In this document: piece by piece, positions 1 through 12,201 of the stretch
Position numbering within the stretch: position 1 is the stretch's first letter
Layout: each line of letters opens with the position of its first letter
NCBI GenBank assembly: GCA_903813345.2
Contig: CAIIXF020000001.1
Coordinates: forward strand, 33,046,001 to 33,110,000
Origin: Owenia fusiformis
Taxonomy: Eukaryota
Length of the DNA: 64,000 bases
Direction: 5' to 3'
The notes under the pieces: model-generated
Seen by the model: only the letters and a program-made list of their open reading frames with translations
What the model was told of the DNA's origin: nothing
The model's database searches: none
Program-made: the position numbers and the translations under genes

Positions 1-669
1 GCGAATCTAACTCAAATCCATGCAGGGGTGTATGAGGTACTCGAATAGGAAATCTGAATTTATATGCACATGGTCAATGTTTACACATGTTTGGAGTTAT
101 TGAAGAAAATGTGATATGGGTGTGGTTCCGAATTTGAAGTCATTGCTGGAAAATATGATTTTAATATGTGAAATTATATCTATAAATACAGCACTAAAAA
201 TAACAGTACACATGAAGTACATGTATGATTGTGTCCAGAAATGTTTGAAACCCTTACAGAAAATTCTGTCTGCATTTTGTCACCATTGCTCTTTCTTCCC
301 GCATTCTAGTGCTGTTTGAATGAATATTATTAATTAATGTATTTCTAACTAAAATATATCACATTTTTTTTATAAACCACAAACATCTAGATCATAAAAA
401 AAAATTCAATACTTGAGTGAGCACGATATGCAAGGGTTACTAAGTTGACACAGTAAATGACCACTGATATTGTGTTAGCAAATATGTATTAGCAGAATAC
501 GCTGTGTGCATGGACTAACACCCCTCACTTTCATAGTGAAGTGACTAATTGGTTTATGTTTATGTTTTAATGTGTTTTGGGTTCCTTGTTACAGCAAGGG
601 GGGCCAGTAAAGTAGACTAACATGTTTGCATGGCAAATTTTGATCGAATATGTGAGACACTTTAAGTAA

Positions 670-1205
670 TGGCAAATTTCTGCTCTAGTCAGCCATTTTG
701 AATTTTCAGAGACGCAAATCAGAAAAACAATGCCATAATTGTGATCTACTCTGAAATTCCTTCAATTTGAGTATAATATAGCTATACTTTTAAGAGATCA
801 GAAAATAATTGTGAAATCCCGCATTAGATGGCCATTTTGAATTTTTTGAGGCCCGAATCAGAAAAATGCTACAATATTTGCAATCTACTCTAAATTGAAA
901 AACCCGGGATATATGTGAAATAGATAGATGTTGCTAATATACTACCAAAATTTCAATTAATAATATTTATTATTTTTGTTTAAAATGAAAAACATAAGAC
1001 TTTTGCAAAAGATTCCAGCCAGTTTAAAAAGTTTTTAAACTGGCGGCCATCTTGAAAAAAACTTGACTAATATTCGAGTTATCTTCCAGACAGATGGACA
1101 GACAGAAAATCTGTTGACTAGTATTTCGGACAGACGGACTGACTGACGGATGGATGGATGGAGGGGCTTCACTATATCCCTACAGAACTTCGTTCATTGG
1201 GATAA
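670..1205 (-). mobile_element. Partial HINE-like element homologous to 18582-19369
   Basis: Reverse-complement similarity; (GGAC/GGAT)n tract and TATCCC..GGGATA terminus. Confidence 0.65.
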
Positions 1206-1414
1206 TTACTGGTTAATTTCATTGTTTGTTGAGGGGTTAATCTGAGGAGGGCGGGAGGTGAAAACAAAAAAAATCAGGGAACTCTTTACAGTTTAAAATT
1301 GTATTCATATAAGGCGCGGTGCTGTCTGTTTGACAGTCCGGTCGTATTCCGATCCAACGAAGATTAGGGGATAAGCTATAGAGACCCCTCCATTTGTCCG
1401 TCCATCCATCCTTC

Positions 1415-1910
1415 AACTAGACAACAGCAACACCAAAGTGTAGCAAATCCCATCGAACAGCCATGGCTGGCATTTTTTTACAAACAAAGTATACAGCAAA
1501 AATTGCAGCCATTTTTCAAAATGGCCACCTTCTACCAAAAGTGTCATTAGACAGTGTGCCACGCTTATAATATTCACGCATCAAATATGAACAAAATCGC
1601 TCTACTACTTTTCGAGTTATAGTAAAATACGTTAAAATGACGGCCATTTTTCAAAATAGCTGCCTTCTATCAAAAGTGTCATTAGACAGTGTGCCATGCT
1701 TATAGTATTCACATACCAAATATGAACAAAATCGCTCCACTACTTTTCGTGTTATAGTAAAATACGTTCAAATGGCCGCCTTCTACCAGAAGAGTCATTA
1801 GACAGTGTGCCATGCTTATAGTATTCATATACCAAATATGAACAAAATCGCTCAACTACTTTTCGAGTTGCAGCAAAAATCGTAAAATAACGAGTAAAGG
1901 CTGCCATAGT
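1415..1910 (-). mobile_element. Partial HINE-like element with three ~135-bp units
   Basis: AACTAGACAACAGCAAC..ATCCCATCGAAC end and internal units matching 35161-36462. Confidence 0.65.
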
Positions 1911-2364
1911 TCAATTCTTTGAAGCAAATGATTCTAAAAGTACAACATATCTTTGAAAAAATATCATTCTGTTAAGTGAAATTGTAAAAAATATTTTGCA
2001 ATGTGTGAAATTGAATTAAAGCACATGATTCAATGAATAGTGGATGCTTCAATTCACTTATGTCTTCTAGTCTAGGCTTTGAATTCGGACTACCACCCTC
2101 GTTCATAGTCTAGAATCAGGACATATGTTAAATTTAATCATCTACAATGCATTGAGTCATTATGCATTGTAATTATTTAAGTATCATCTCAATGCTTTAA
2201 TTTTAATAGAATTATTTTAATATTTTACTAACTGTATAATATGTAGTTTGCATTACTGTTGATAAATAAATAAATGATTGCACTGTTCAGTAAAGAAATA
2301 TAGCAATTGTATTATTTAAACTGACTATACACTATAGAAATGATTTTCATTGAAAAATCAAATC

Positions 2365-2771
2365 AGTACCAAAATTATGGTTACCCTGTAGTAGTGAAAG
2401 GCACATTAAAAATGAATATCACCCCCTTCAATCTATTTTTACAGGTTTTTATGATTATTTCAGATTTTTCTATAGTTTGGGTAACCAGGACGGTGAATTT
2501 TCTTCATTTTTCATCAAACATTTTGTCTTACCAATATTTATTATATCTGTCAATTTTATCAAAATCACGCCGCTACATTTGAAAATAATTCAAATTATGT
2601 AGTTTTTCCCATTGAGCTCCATTATAAAAATGGAATTTTCAAACTTAATATTTTAAAATTCTACGTGGTGAAAAATTGCATATTGAGTAGTTAGTTAATG
2701 TTATGGTGTTAAAAATTCAAAACAAAAAGGAATAAAGAAAAAATGCCACAGAGAAGTCTCAATAGAGTCTC
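2365..2771. repeat. Interspersed repeat fragment, also at ~4830-5539
   Basis: High similarity to 5135-5539; both copies end GAGAAGTCTCAATAGAGTCTC followed by TTAA. Confidence 0.8.
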
Positions 2772-3645
2772 TTTAAATTCTTATAACCAAAAGACATTGA
2801 TCCCGTGAGGTGATTTTGGTAAACGTTACTCCTTTCTGGGCAATTAGAACACAGTATAACATAATAATACACTTTTGAATGTACATTCTTGTTACATAAC
2901 ACTTTACCGTTTACACAATCCATAACCTGTTCTGATTGTGACGTCAAGCTTTATCCCGGGAAATCTTTGTCTACCACTGATGGACAGTCAGAATAAGATG
3001 TGAGTTTGTTGGTATAGTATTTCTACCAACTAATACTCATTGAATCTATTTGAGTGTAAAAAAATAAATGGAAATTACCGAATTTACACTTTAATATATA
3101 ACCTACAAGAACCGATTGCTTTCATATTTATCAGTTCATAGCACTTGCTAATGATACCCAACAGTTCATCAATAAAACTTTTCAAAGAAGTTAGCTAATC
3201 TAATGCTGAGAAAATACAGCTTCTTTCAGACTGAACTGGGTGACTTTTCCATTGATATTGGATATTTTTGCATGATGTATTTAATTTGACATACTCGCAC
3301 TGCACAATATATAATTGATCTCTTTTATATTTATAGCACTTGCTAATGATACCATATAAATAAAGATTTTCAAAGAATTTAGAATATGTATTGCTAAGAA
3401 AACACTTGTCAAAAAGTGTCTCACTTTTTTGGGACACCCGATATACTAAATAAACTGATATTCAGCACCTACAAAGTATTTCTAGTTACTTCATTGCCAT
3501 ATGAATAATGAAACTTATCTGGTGACATCTACCTGTGTTATAACATTCTTTCAACACCTTCATGACTTAATTACCTGCCTTACATGTACACTTTTTCGGA
3601 TTAAGAGTACATCTAACTAAATATCAAAACATCATTCTTTTTCAG

Positions 3646-3789
3646 ATTTCACTTATTGTGAATGTTGCCAGTGAGTGTGGGTATACAGATAATCACTATA
3701 AGGGACTTGTGAAGGCCAAGCAGGCATTTGGTTCTAAGTTTACAGTTCTAGCATTCCCCTGTAACCAGTTTGGTGCTCAAGAACCAAAG
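3646..3789 (+). CDS. GPX7: Glutathione peroxidase 7-like, internal coding exon carrying the catalytic Cys
   Basis: Acceptor ttttcag, then ISLIVNVASECGYTD...VLAFPCNQFGAQEPK, then donor gtaatt. 144 bp, phase 0/0. GPx motifs NVASECG and FPCNQFG; the active-site codon is TGT (3676-3678). The first exon was not found in the window. Confidence 0.9.
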
Positions 3790-4771
3790 GTAATTATCTT
3801 TAATATTATAAATCATCCAAGTGCTTCTTTTGCCAAGACCATCTCTACATTCTAGTCTTGGGAACCTTCAATAGAAACACACATTATATTTCAAAGGTCG
3901 AAAATATCAGCGCTTATAATGATAGTTTCTCTCCAGGTTCTATCAAATAACAAAAATCTTAAGCTGATGGGCAAAAAGTTTATTCTATTTAATTATTAAT
4001 TATATAATTTGTCAATACTTTGTTCCGTGATAACTAATAAAAACTGTTGTAATAAAGATGATTTTCTGAGACGATGCTGAAGAAGAGTCTGAAAGTATGG
4101 AAAGTTCCACAGGGAAGATTTCTGAAAGAAGGCAAATGATAATTTCCCAAAAATGCCTAATATAATATAGGTGAACCAATGGAGAACAAATTAAAGATTA
4201 CTGTACTCCTTGTAATTTTTGCGAGCTACTATATTTCGCACTTTTCGCAAGTTTTTGAAAAGGACCAGATTTAACATGGCAAGAGATTTTTGACAGCTAT
4301 ATTTTTGGTCGTGGGTATTTACCGACCATACAGTGAACATTTTATCTTAAAACGAAAAAGATGCTACACGTCTACAGGTGGACAAACTCTTCCCCCTGAA
4401 AAGTATTTTAAGGGTCAGATCACTAAATTCACGATTGTGTTGAAGAATTCATATTGCTTATTACGAGTGATTATTTAGCATGTTACTGAATATCTCATCA
4501 AGTGACCTAAACTACAGCAGCTAAAATAAGCATATCGAAATATAATTCAGTATGATTCGGAGAAGGGGATTATACAGTTATATTAGTCAATTTATTTATT
4601 ATCTTACAATTTAGCTCAATTCTTGAATTTGAAGATCTATTGCCATATTGTTTAAAATGCATTATAATCGATCGATCTGATGGTAAGAACTAGTATGTGA
4701 TATGATCGATTTTACCTTTTTGTCGTCATTGCTGAGGAATACAATAATACCATTCCAATTAATGATAACTC

Positions 4772-5371
4772 ACTTATCGTATTACTTGTGCTTGATACAC
4801 ATGCTGGAAGATATGCTTTTAAAATTAGTAAACCATTACCAAAACTATGGTTACCCTGTAGTAGTGAGAGGCACATTAAAAATGAATATCACCCCCTTCA
4901 ATCTATTTTTACAGGTTTTTATGATTATTTCACGTTTTTCTATATTTTGCGTAACCAGGATAGTGAATTTTCTTCATTTTTCTTCAAACATTTCGCCTTA
5001 CCAATATTTATTATATCTGTCAATTTCAAGAAAATCGCACCGCTGCGTTTGAAAATAATTCAAATTGTGTTACTTATTGTATTACTTGTGCTTGATACAC
5101 ATGCTGGAAGATATGCTTTTAAAATTAGTAAACCATTACCAAAACTATGGTTACCCTGTAGTAGTGAGAGGCACATTAAAAATGAATATCACCCCCTTCA
5201 ATCTATTTTTACAGGTTTTTATGATTATTTCACGTTTTTCTATATTTTGCGTAACCAGGATAGTGAATTTTCTTCATTTTTCTTCAAACATTTCGCCTTA
5301 CCAATATTTATTATATCTGTCAATTTCAAGAAAATCGCACCGCTGCGTTTGAAAATAATTCAAATTGTGTT
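4772..5371. repeat. Near-perfect 300-bp tandem duplication
   Basis: Sequence lines at 4801-5060 and 5101-5360 are identical. Confidence 0.92.
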
Positions 5372-6199
5372 TTTCCCATTGAGCTCCATTATAAAAATGG
5401 AATTTTCAAACTTAATATTTTAAAATTCAATGTGGTGAAAAGTTGCATATTGAGTAGTTAGTTAATGTTATGGTGTTAAAAATTCAAAACAAAAAGGAAT
5501 AAAGAAAAAATGCCACAGAGAAGTCTCAATAGAGTCTCTTAAAGCCCCCGATAAATATGGCTACGTATACCACCGTGTTTACATTAGGAGATTAGAAGAG
5601 TTTATTTTTACTTAGGTATGCAAGCAATATCAATATTAGGCCTTCATGCATGTACTCGTGTGTACAATCAGCATATAAGCCAGGCTATTCAAGTACAACA
5701 TAATGTACACTATTTATGTGTGTAGTACATGGGAATACGATTCCCTGGGAAACAAAACACAAATACTTTTTATATGTTAAAAATGAGCAATTTGATTGAT
5801 GCATACACTTAATACCTTCATATATAAACATCTACAATGTATATCTAATAGTCATTTTCAATTCTAATGGTGAAACTTGCCTGGTTACGATTATACAGGA
5901 AATCAACATGGGACGTTAGTTGTACACCTTCCTGGCTTACCTCTGAAGCCTGTACCCTGTAATCTCTTTATATAGGTTAGCGAGAGCGCTGCGCCTGCGC
6001 AGTTTTAAATTTTGGCGCACACTTTAAGCCATGGAAGATATGTGAACTGTGGTGCCTACGCATTGTATATATGAACAAATGATCACACTCCAGAGATGTG
6101 TCATTAAAGCCTGATATAGTTCAAATATCAAAGCATTACCTTAACTATAAAGTGAATGAAAACAAAAATATAAAAATTCAGCCATTTTTCATGGAGAAA

Positions 6200-6520
6200 A
6201 GTATACGTCCAATAAAGTAATATTTTAAGCCAAAGTAAAGTTGTTTGAAAAGGTTACATATAAAATTCATCAATTGTTTTAATAAAGGCAAAGTAATGTG
6301 TTTTGAAAATGCCTACATATAAATATAATCCATTCATCACGTAGAAAAATTTAAGTCCAATAAAGTAATGTTATAAAGGCAAAGTAATATGTTTTAAAAA
6401 TTCTTACATATAAATATCATCAATTCTTCATAGAAAAAAATTTAAGTCCAATAAAGTAACGTTTTATAGGCAAAATAATATGTTTTGAAAATGCTTACAT
6501 ATAAATATCATCCATTCTTC
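6200..6520. repeat. Diverged AT-rich tandem repeat
   Basis: GTCCAATAAAGTAA and GGCAAAGTAATATGTTTTGAAAATGCTTACATATAAA recur. Confidence 0.7.
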
Positions 6521-6652
6521 ATGTTTTAAAGTCAAAATGAGTCTTAAAATATTTTCTTTATATCAATCCTAAAAACCATTACTTTTTTGTCCCTATATCT
6601 TGACACTGATGTGAATTAATACTTCTGACTATATGAATTATTTTTGTTACAG

Positions 6653-6767
6653 GGTAACAATGGCATTTTGCAGTTTGCTCAAGGTGTATATGGAGCCAAT
6701 TTCCCAATGTTTGCCAAGATAAATGTCCTTGAGCCTGATGTTTCGCCTGTATGGCAGTTCTTAGCAG
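6653..6767 (+). CDS. GPX7: Glutathione peroxidase 7-like, next coding exon
   Basis: Acceptor tttgttacag, GNNGILQFAQGVYGANFPMFAKINV...VWQFLA, donor G|gtaagg. Phase 0/1, compatible with both neighbouring exons. Confidence 0.9.
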
Positions 6768-7408
6768 GTAAGGCAACAACAACGTTTAGAAATGAAAGTC
6801 AGTCATGTTCAGATAGTTATCCCATCGATTTTTGCTATACTGAAAAGGTAGTAGAAGGATTTTGTAAAAATTGCAGTCAAGGCTGTTCGATGGGATTTGT
6901 AACATTTTGGCATTGCTGTTATCTAGGCTAGTTTATGTAGTAACTATAAATGCAGAAGTAAAGATAGTGCATACACTTTGGATTAAAGCTACCATTTGCA
7001 TTCATTCGAGAGAGTTACGTCTTCACTCTCTCAGTTTACAATAAATCTCTGAACTCACTGAGCCATATAGAGTTTGTCATCCAAATACGGACTACTTTTT
7101 ATATACGGTAATTTCCTCCGACGTCATTGCATAGTTAATGAGCACTCATTTAGCATGTATTCCTTCCTTTTCACTGATTGGTTGAGAAAAGATCAGTGTG
7201 GCAAGTTTGAAATTATTTATGACCGAGGCTGTCAAGGGCATAGGTTGTGGGGCGTTGCTACTGTACTGTAATATGGTCTATACTAGGCAGAGGGTAGTTT
7301 ATAACTAGACTGTGTGCGCGCAGGGTGGATTAAAGCAATGCAACTCAAGGAAGCTAAAGAATAGCTGATGTAAATGATGCCTAAAAATGTTTAGTTCTGG
7401 TTTTGTAG

Positions 7409-7584
7409 AAACATCTGGTCATGCTCCAAACTGGAACTTCTGGAAGTACCTGGTGGATGGAGATGGACATGTCCTCAATGCATATGGCCCATGGGTATCT
7501 GTAGAAGATATGTGGCAAGACATCACCTTTGCTGTTCATAAACTGAACAATGCTGACAAACCTTATGATCACAGCGAACTGTAA
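7409..7584 (+). CDS. GPX7: Glutathione peroxidase 7-like, terminal coding exon
   Basis: Acceptor ttttgtag, (E)TSGHAPNWNFWKYLVDGDG...DHSEL-stop. WNFWKYLV is typical of GPx7/8, and the C-terminus is a KDEL-like HSEL. Confidence 0.9.
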
Positions 7585-8922
7585 ATGTTTATCAAGAGTT
7601 ATCCATGACGTGCAACTCATTTCATGATTCTTGTCATTGGTCATTTTACATCAGTGTATTCTGGTTTACCAGACACAATCTTACAACATATAGTACCTCA
7701 TACTGGAGTTACTCATGAATATGCCCACTGGGTTTTTATTTTGACCCATGGGCCTTTTTCTAAGGGGGGGGGGTGTTTATTAAGAGGGAAAATAGCTCTA
7801 CCAAGCCAGTTGGCATTTATTTCCAGGGATATTACTGATCATAAAGAATCAAATTGTTTAGCAAAATTGACAATATTTTGAATATTTGCAAGTTCCACCA
7901 AAGGTTAGACATCAATTTCTTCAATATTTGCAAAATTAGATGACTAGCAACAAGTCTCGTGGGAGTACCGGCACATAATATGATATAAGAGAAACCTAAG
8001 GTGTATATAACAGCAATTGAAAGAATGTGACCTAAAGAAAAATTTCCAAGTTGCCAAAGAAGCAGACTATGCAATACTCAGGAGGAAAATCCTCCATATT
8101 TACTCCTCAAAAAAAGTTAAGGACCCCTCTTTTTCCTCATAGGTTTACATGTTAAATATTGAAACTTTTCTGAAATATAGAGAATATTGTCAAGGTACAT
8201 TTCCATTTACATTATCAGTTTTTCTTCATTTTCGGACTTAAAAAATAGAGTTCAAAGATACATGGGATTGAACATGTAAAGACTGGTCCTTAACTTTCTT
8301 TAAGGAGTATATTTATACATTATTATCATTATGGAGAATGTTGTTTTTGATTAACCTATACACTCATGTGATATGATTGGAAAACCAAAATATATTCATT
8401 TGCAAAAAAATCATGTTTTGTTTTATTCGAAATGTATTATGTAAAACCATGGGCTCAACCATGTCTACCACCTGGGCGTGAAACTAAAATCTGGATGGCC
8501 ACAGAATGGCTACCTACTACTAGCTCTTCAAAATGGAGATGACTACTATTGAGCCACATAATCTACAAGGACAATCTCCACACTACCCTACCACGTGACC
8601 AGATTTAAAAATGATACAGGGTACGGTTAAGTTGCAAATGGAGCGGGTATTCTCTATCTTTGTCCATTGGGCTTTTCTGGTAATAATACGTTGCAAACTG
8701 CTCGATGAATCTATACAATGTATAGTAGAACACTTAGAATATGTGTAAAATCTAGTATACATTCAGAAATATGGAAATAAACAAACGTCCTCCATTTGCA
8801 ACTTCCCTGTAGCCTGTACTTCTTTTAAAGGAATACAGGATACAGTATGGGGGTATAGTAGTGTGATCTCTTAGCATTTGTTCAGTGCAATCGTGCCTCC
8901 TTACATTTCTCATGTAGGTTAA

Positions 8923-9006
8923 CCTTTCTGGCCCAGTTATCCCCTCCCTGAATCTGAAATGTCATAGATACACAATGTTGGGGAATAGATAACTGGGCAA
9001 GAAAGG
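8923..9006. mobile_element. Tiny piggyBac-like MITE
   Basis: TTAA-CCTTTCTGGCCCAGTTATC ... GATAACTGGGCAAGAAAGG-TTTA. Confidence 0.5.
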
Positions 9007-9127
9007 TTTAGCTAATCTCTCATGCATATGATAGTATTCCCAGGGACTTTAGAAAAAGCCACTTCAGAAAATATACTAATTTCTTCCATTAAAAATCAGA
9101 TCATCAGATAGAAGACATCAAGGCTTT

Positions 9128-11210
9128 CTTATTACAGAAATAAATTTGAGACAAATAAAGGCAATATAAAGAAATCTTGGAATGTAATTAACGCTATCTT
9201 AAACAGAAATCCAAATCAATCTAATATCAACGATACATTTGATCTTGAAAATACACAAATCTCAGATGGTCTTGACATAGCTAAGAATTTCAATAATTTC
9301 TTTAGTTCAATTGGTCATAAACTTGCAAAAAAGATAAACAATAATCTAGATCCAATGGTAAATTTAAAGAAAACTAATTCAAATAATAACTCAATATTTC
9401 TAACACCTATTACTGAAACTGATGTCATGGCCCAATTAAAATCTTTAAAAGACTCTGCTGCATCTATAGATGATATAGAACCCAGAGTAGTGAAAACACT
9501 GAACGAATCTTTGTCAACTCCTCTTACTCAGATATTCAATTTATCAATAACTACTGGTACATTTCCTGATGCATTAAAAATAGCTAGAGTAATTCCAATT
9601 TATAAGAAAGGCCTTAAAGATAAATTCAACAACTATAGACCAATTTCAATTCTCAGTGTATTTTCTAAAGTGCTTGAAAAAATTGTTCATGTAAAAGTGA
9701 CAACATTTTTAGAAAAATATGAAATTTTATATTTACAACAATATGGTTTCAGGAAGAAGCACTCAACTTATATGGCACTTCTAAATTTCATTGAAAATAT
9801 TCGTAGGTCATTAGATATCGGGGAAACTAGCATTGGGATATATATTGATTTGACTAAGGCTTTTGATACAGTGGATCACAAAATATTATTACAAAAACTT
9901 GAATTTTATGGTATTCGTGGAACAGCTCTTTCCTTGTTCAAAAGTTATCTCGAAAATCGAATTATGGTCACAGAAATTGTTAAGAAAGATGTCTTGATTG
10001 ATCAATTTACAACTACAGATATGAGATATAGATCCGGTAAAAATAAAGTTGAATATGGTGTCCCTCAAGGTTCAGTCATAGGTCCCCTCTTGTTCATAAT
10101 ATTTATAAATGACTTACATTTAATATCAAATAAACTAAACTTTGTCTTATATGCTGATGATACTAATATCCTACTTACCAATAAAAATTTTGAAACTCTA
10201 GTCTCAGATATGAATGCTGAATTAAAAACTGTTTCTAACTGGATGAAATCTAATAAATTAACTCTTAATGTTGAAAAAACAAAATATATGATATTTAATA
10301 AAAAGAAGGATCCTAATAAAAACAATATTGTTCTCAAAATTAATGAACAACCTATAGAAGAAGTTAAAGAAATCAATTTTCTAGGTGTCATTATTGACTC
10401 AAAGCTGAATTGGTCATGTCACATAAATGCTATCTGTACAAAAATTTCTAACTTGATAGGCCTTCTCTACAAGACTAGACATAGACTGACTTTAAATACA
10501 ATGACCACTATCTATTATTCCATGATATATTCCTACTTAAGCCATTGTAACCTTTTATGGGGAAATGCCATAAAAACTCTTATTCAAAAATTGTATGTTC
10601 TGCAAAAGAAATTCTTGAGAGTTATCACCTATTCTGATCGTCTGGCTCCTTCAGGACCTCTCTTTTCAAAACTGAAAATATTGAATATATTTGACATCAA
10701 TAAACTACAAACCGCTAGCTTTGTTCAGAAAACTGTTTCAGAATCACCAGAATTTCCTTTTCAAAAGTTCAAACATTTATTTGTTCCAGGAACAGCAATT
10801 CATAATCATGACACGAGAATTAATAAGAATTTAACTGTAAAAAAATTCAGAACAGAAATTGGAAGAAAATCAATCGAAACAAGTGGCCCATTACTCTACA
10901 ATACTCTTTCACTTGATCTCAAAAAGTCTAAACATATCAAATCATTTGAACGAAAGTTAAAGTTTGATTTGCTAAGTCATTATTAGATCTTCTTTGAAAA
11001 ATGCTTTCTTCTTATTACTTGTATTTTATTGTGATGCATGTTATGCTTTGTCATTTCTTTTTTGTTTCCATATAACCTGACTGTTAATTTAATAAATGCT
11101 ATATTGTATGTTAAACATGGAACTTGTACACCCCTCGGGGTGTCTTTTCATGTCAACGTAAAACACTGTATTTGAAACATTTGAAATAAAGTGAATTGAA
11201 TTGAATTGAA
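9128..11210 (+). mobile_element. 5'-truncated non-LTR retrotransposon (CR1/L2 group)
   Basis: RT ORF, 3' UTR, AATAAA and (TTGAA)n tail. AAGGCTTT at 9120-9127 and 11209-11216 is a probable TSD. Confidence 0.93.
9355..10986 (+). CDS. LINE ORF2 fragment: reverse transcriptase, no endonuclease
   Basis: Motifs NYRPISIL, QYGFRK, DLTKAFDTVDH, GVPQGSVIGPLLF, YADD, FLGV. Confidence 0.9.
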   Translation: MVNLKKTNSNNNSIFLTPITETDVMAQLKSLKDSAASIDDIEPRVVKTLNESLSTPLTQIFNLSITTGTFPDALKIARVIPIYKKGLKDKFNNYRPISILSVFSKVLEKIVHVKVTTFLEKYEILYLQQYGFRKKHSTYMALLNFIENIRRSLDIGETSIGIYIDLTKAFDTVDHKILLQKLEFYGIRGTALSLFKSYLENRIMVTEIVKKDVLIDQFTTTDMRYRSGKNKVEYGVPQGSVIGPLLFIIFINDLHLISNKLNFVLYADDTNILLTNKNFETLVSDMNAELKTVSNWMKSNKLTLNVEKTKYMIFNKKKDPNKNNIVLKINEQPIEEVKEINFLGVIIDSKLNWSCHINAICTKISNLIGLLYKTRHRLTLNTMTTIYYSMIYSYLSHCNLLWGNAIKTLIQKLYVLQKKFLRVITYSDRLAPSGPLFSKLKILNIFDINKLQTASFVQKTVSESPEFPFQKFKHLFVPGTAIHNHDTRINKNLTVKKFRTEIGRKSIETSGPLLYNTLSLDLKKSKHIKSFERKLKFDLLSHY

Positions 11211-11487
11211 GGCTTTAAAATGATTTATGAATATCATATGGACAAGTTGAGAAGTTGTGAAAGGATTGGTATCGATATGGCGAACTGAAGTGAACACATG
11301 TTTCTCTTAAACCAGTCATAAAAAAATCTGAAAAGGATCTGTTACCCCATGTACATAAAGATGCCCCCAAAGGTTTCATTGAATATAACATGGAAATAGT
11401 TACTTTTATCAATTGTGAACACATCCAAAACAAAATTAGGTCATAGGGATTAAAACTAAGGTCATTCAGTGCATTTAAGTTTGACTA

Positions 11488-12100
11488 AGCTTGTATTCGC
11501 TAGTACAAATAACGGAGGGCGACTGATGATTTAATTGTTATTTTATGGCCAATCCATTAAAAGATGAAAAGGACCTGCTGTGCATATCGACAGTCGCTAT
11601 CTATCGGCTCAGACCCGGTCGCTGACCTAAATAACGCTTTAATGTGTTTACTTAAGTGACAACTGACAACGACTTTCGATGTGTTCGGTATTTCAGCTAG
11701 CGGAAGTACATTACGCGCATGCGCATAAGCAAAGGTCGTCAAACTCCTCAACTGTGTTGCAGAACGACAGTATTTTGGGAATGTCCCTCCTCAATATGCT
11801 CAGTAGCATGACCTCTTCATCTTCACTGTCCAAAGAATCCTCGGATTCGCCCGAACTCTCCGAACTTTTTGCTATTTCCTCGAGTAAAAGCACCGCTAGT
11901 TTTCTTTTATTCGCCATTTTGTATGTAAGACATGTAATCACATGATAGTGGCATAAAAATATCACGTGACCATCACGTGACCACAGTCAGTTAACTTGCT
12001 CTGATCGTTATTTCAGCATCAAAATGACGGTTTAATTTATTCATAAATACCGGTTATTATGTCATCGTCAGTCGGCGGACGGTTCTAGCGAATACAAGCT
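11488..12100 (-). mobile_element. Non-autonomous DNA transposon, PIF/Harbinger-like
   Basis: Perfect 16-bp TIR AGCTTGTATTCGCTAG flanked by TA on both sides. An internal minus-strand acidic ORF remnant (11711-11965) looks like a transposase N-terminus. Confidence 0.6.
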
Positions 12101-12201
12101 TAGGAAATCATTCTAAATATCATGTTATGGGTATGTTAGTCTTCACTCATGACTATTTTAATTATTTTGACGATTCAATAAACCGATATATCAAAATATC
12201 A

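Noticed and set aside
1..3645. First exon of GPX7
   Set aside because: No signal-peptide or GPx N-terminal segment with a phase-0 donor was recognised; it probably lies upstream of the window.
3676..3678. Selenocysteine GPx requiring a SECIS element
   Set aside because: The active-site codon is TGT (Cys).
4702..5423. ORFs of 95-211 aa
   Set aside because: They arise from a 300-bp duplication of repeat DNA and have no recognisable motifs.
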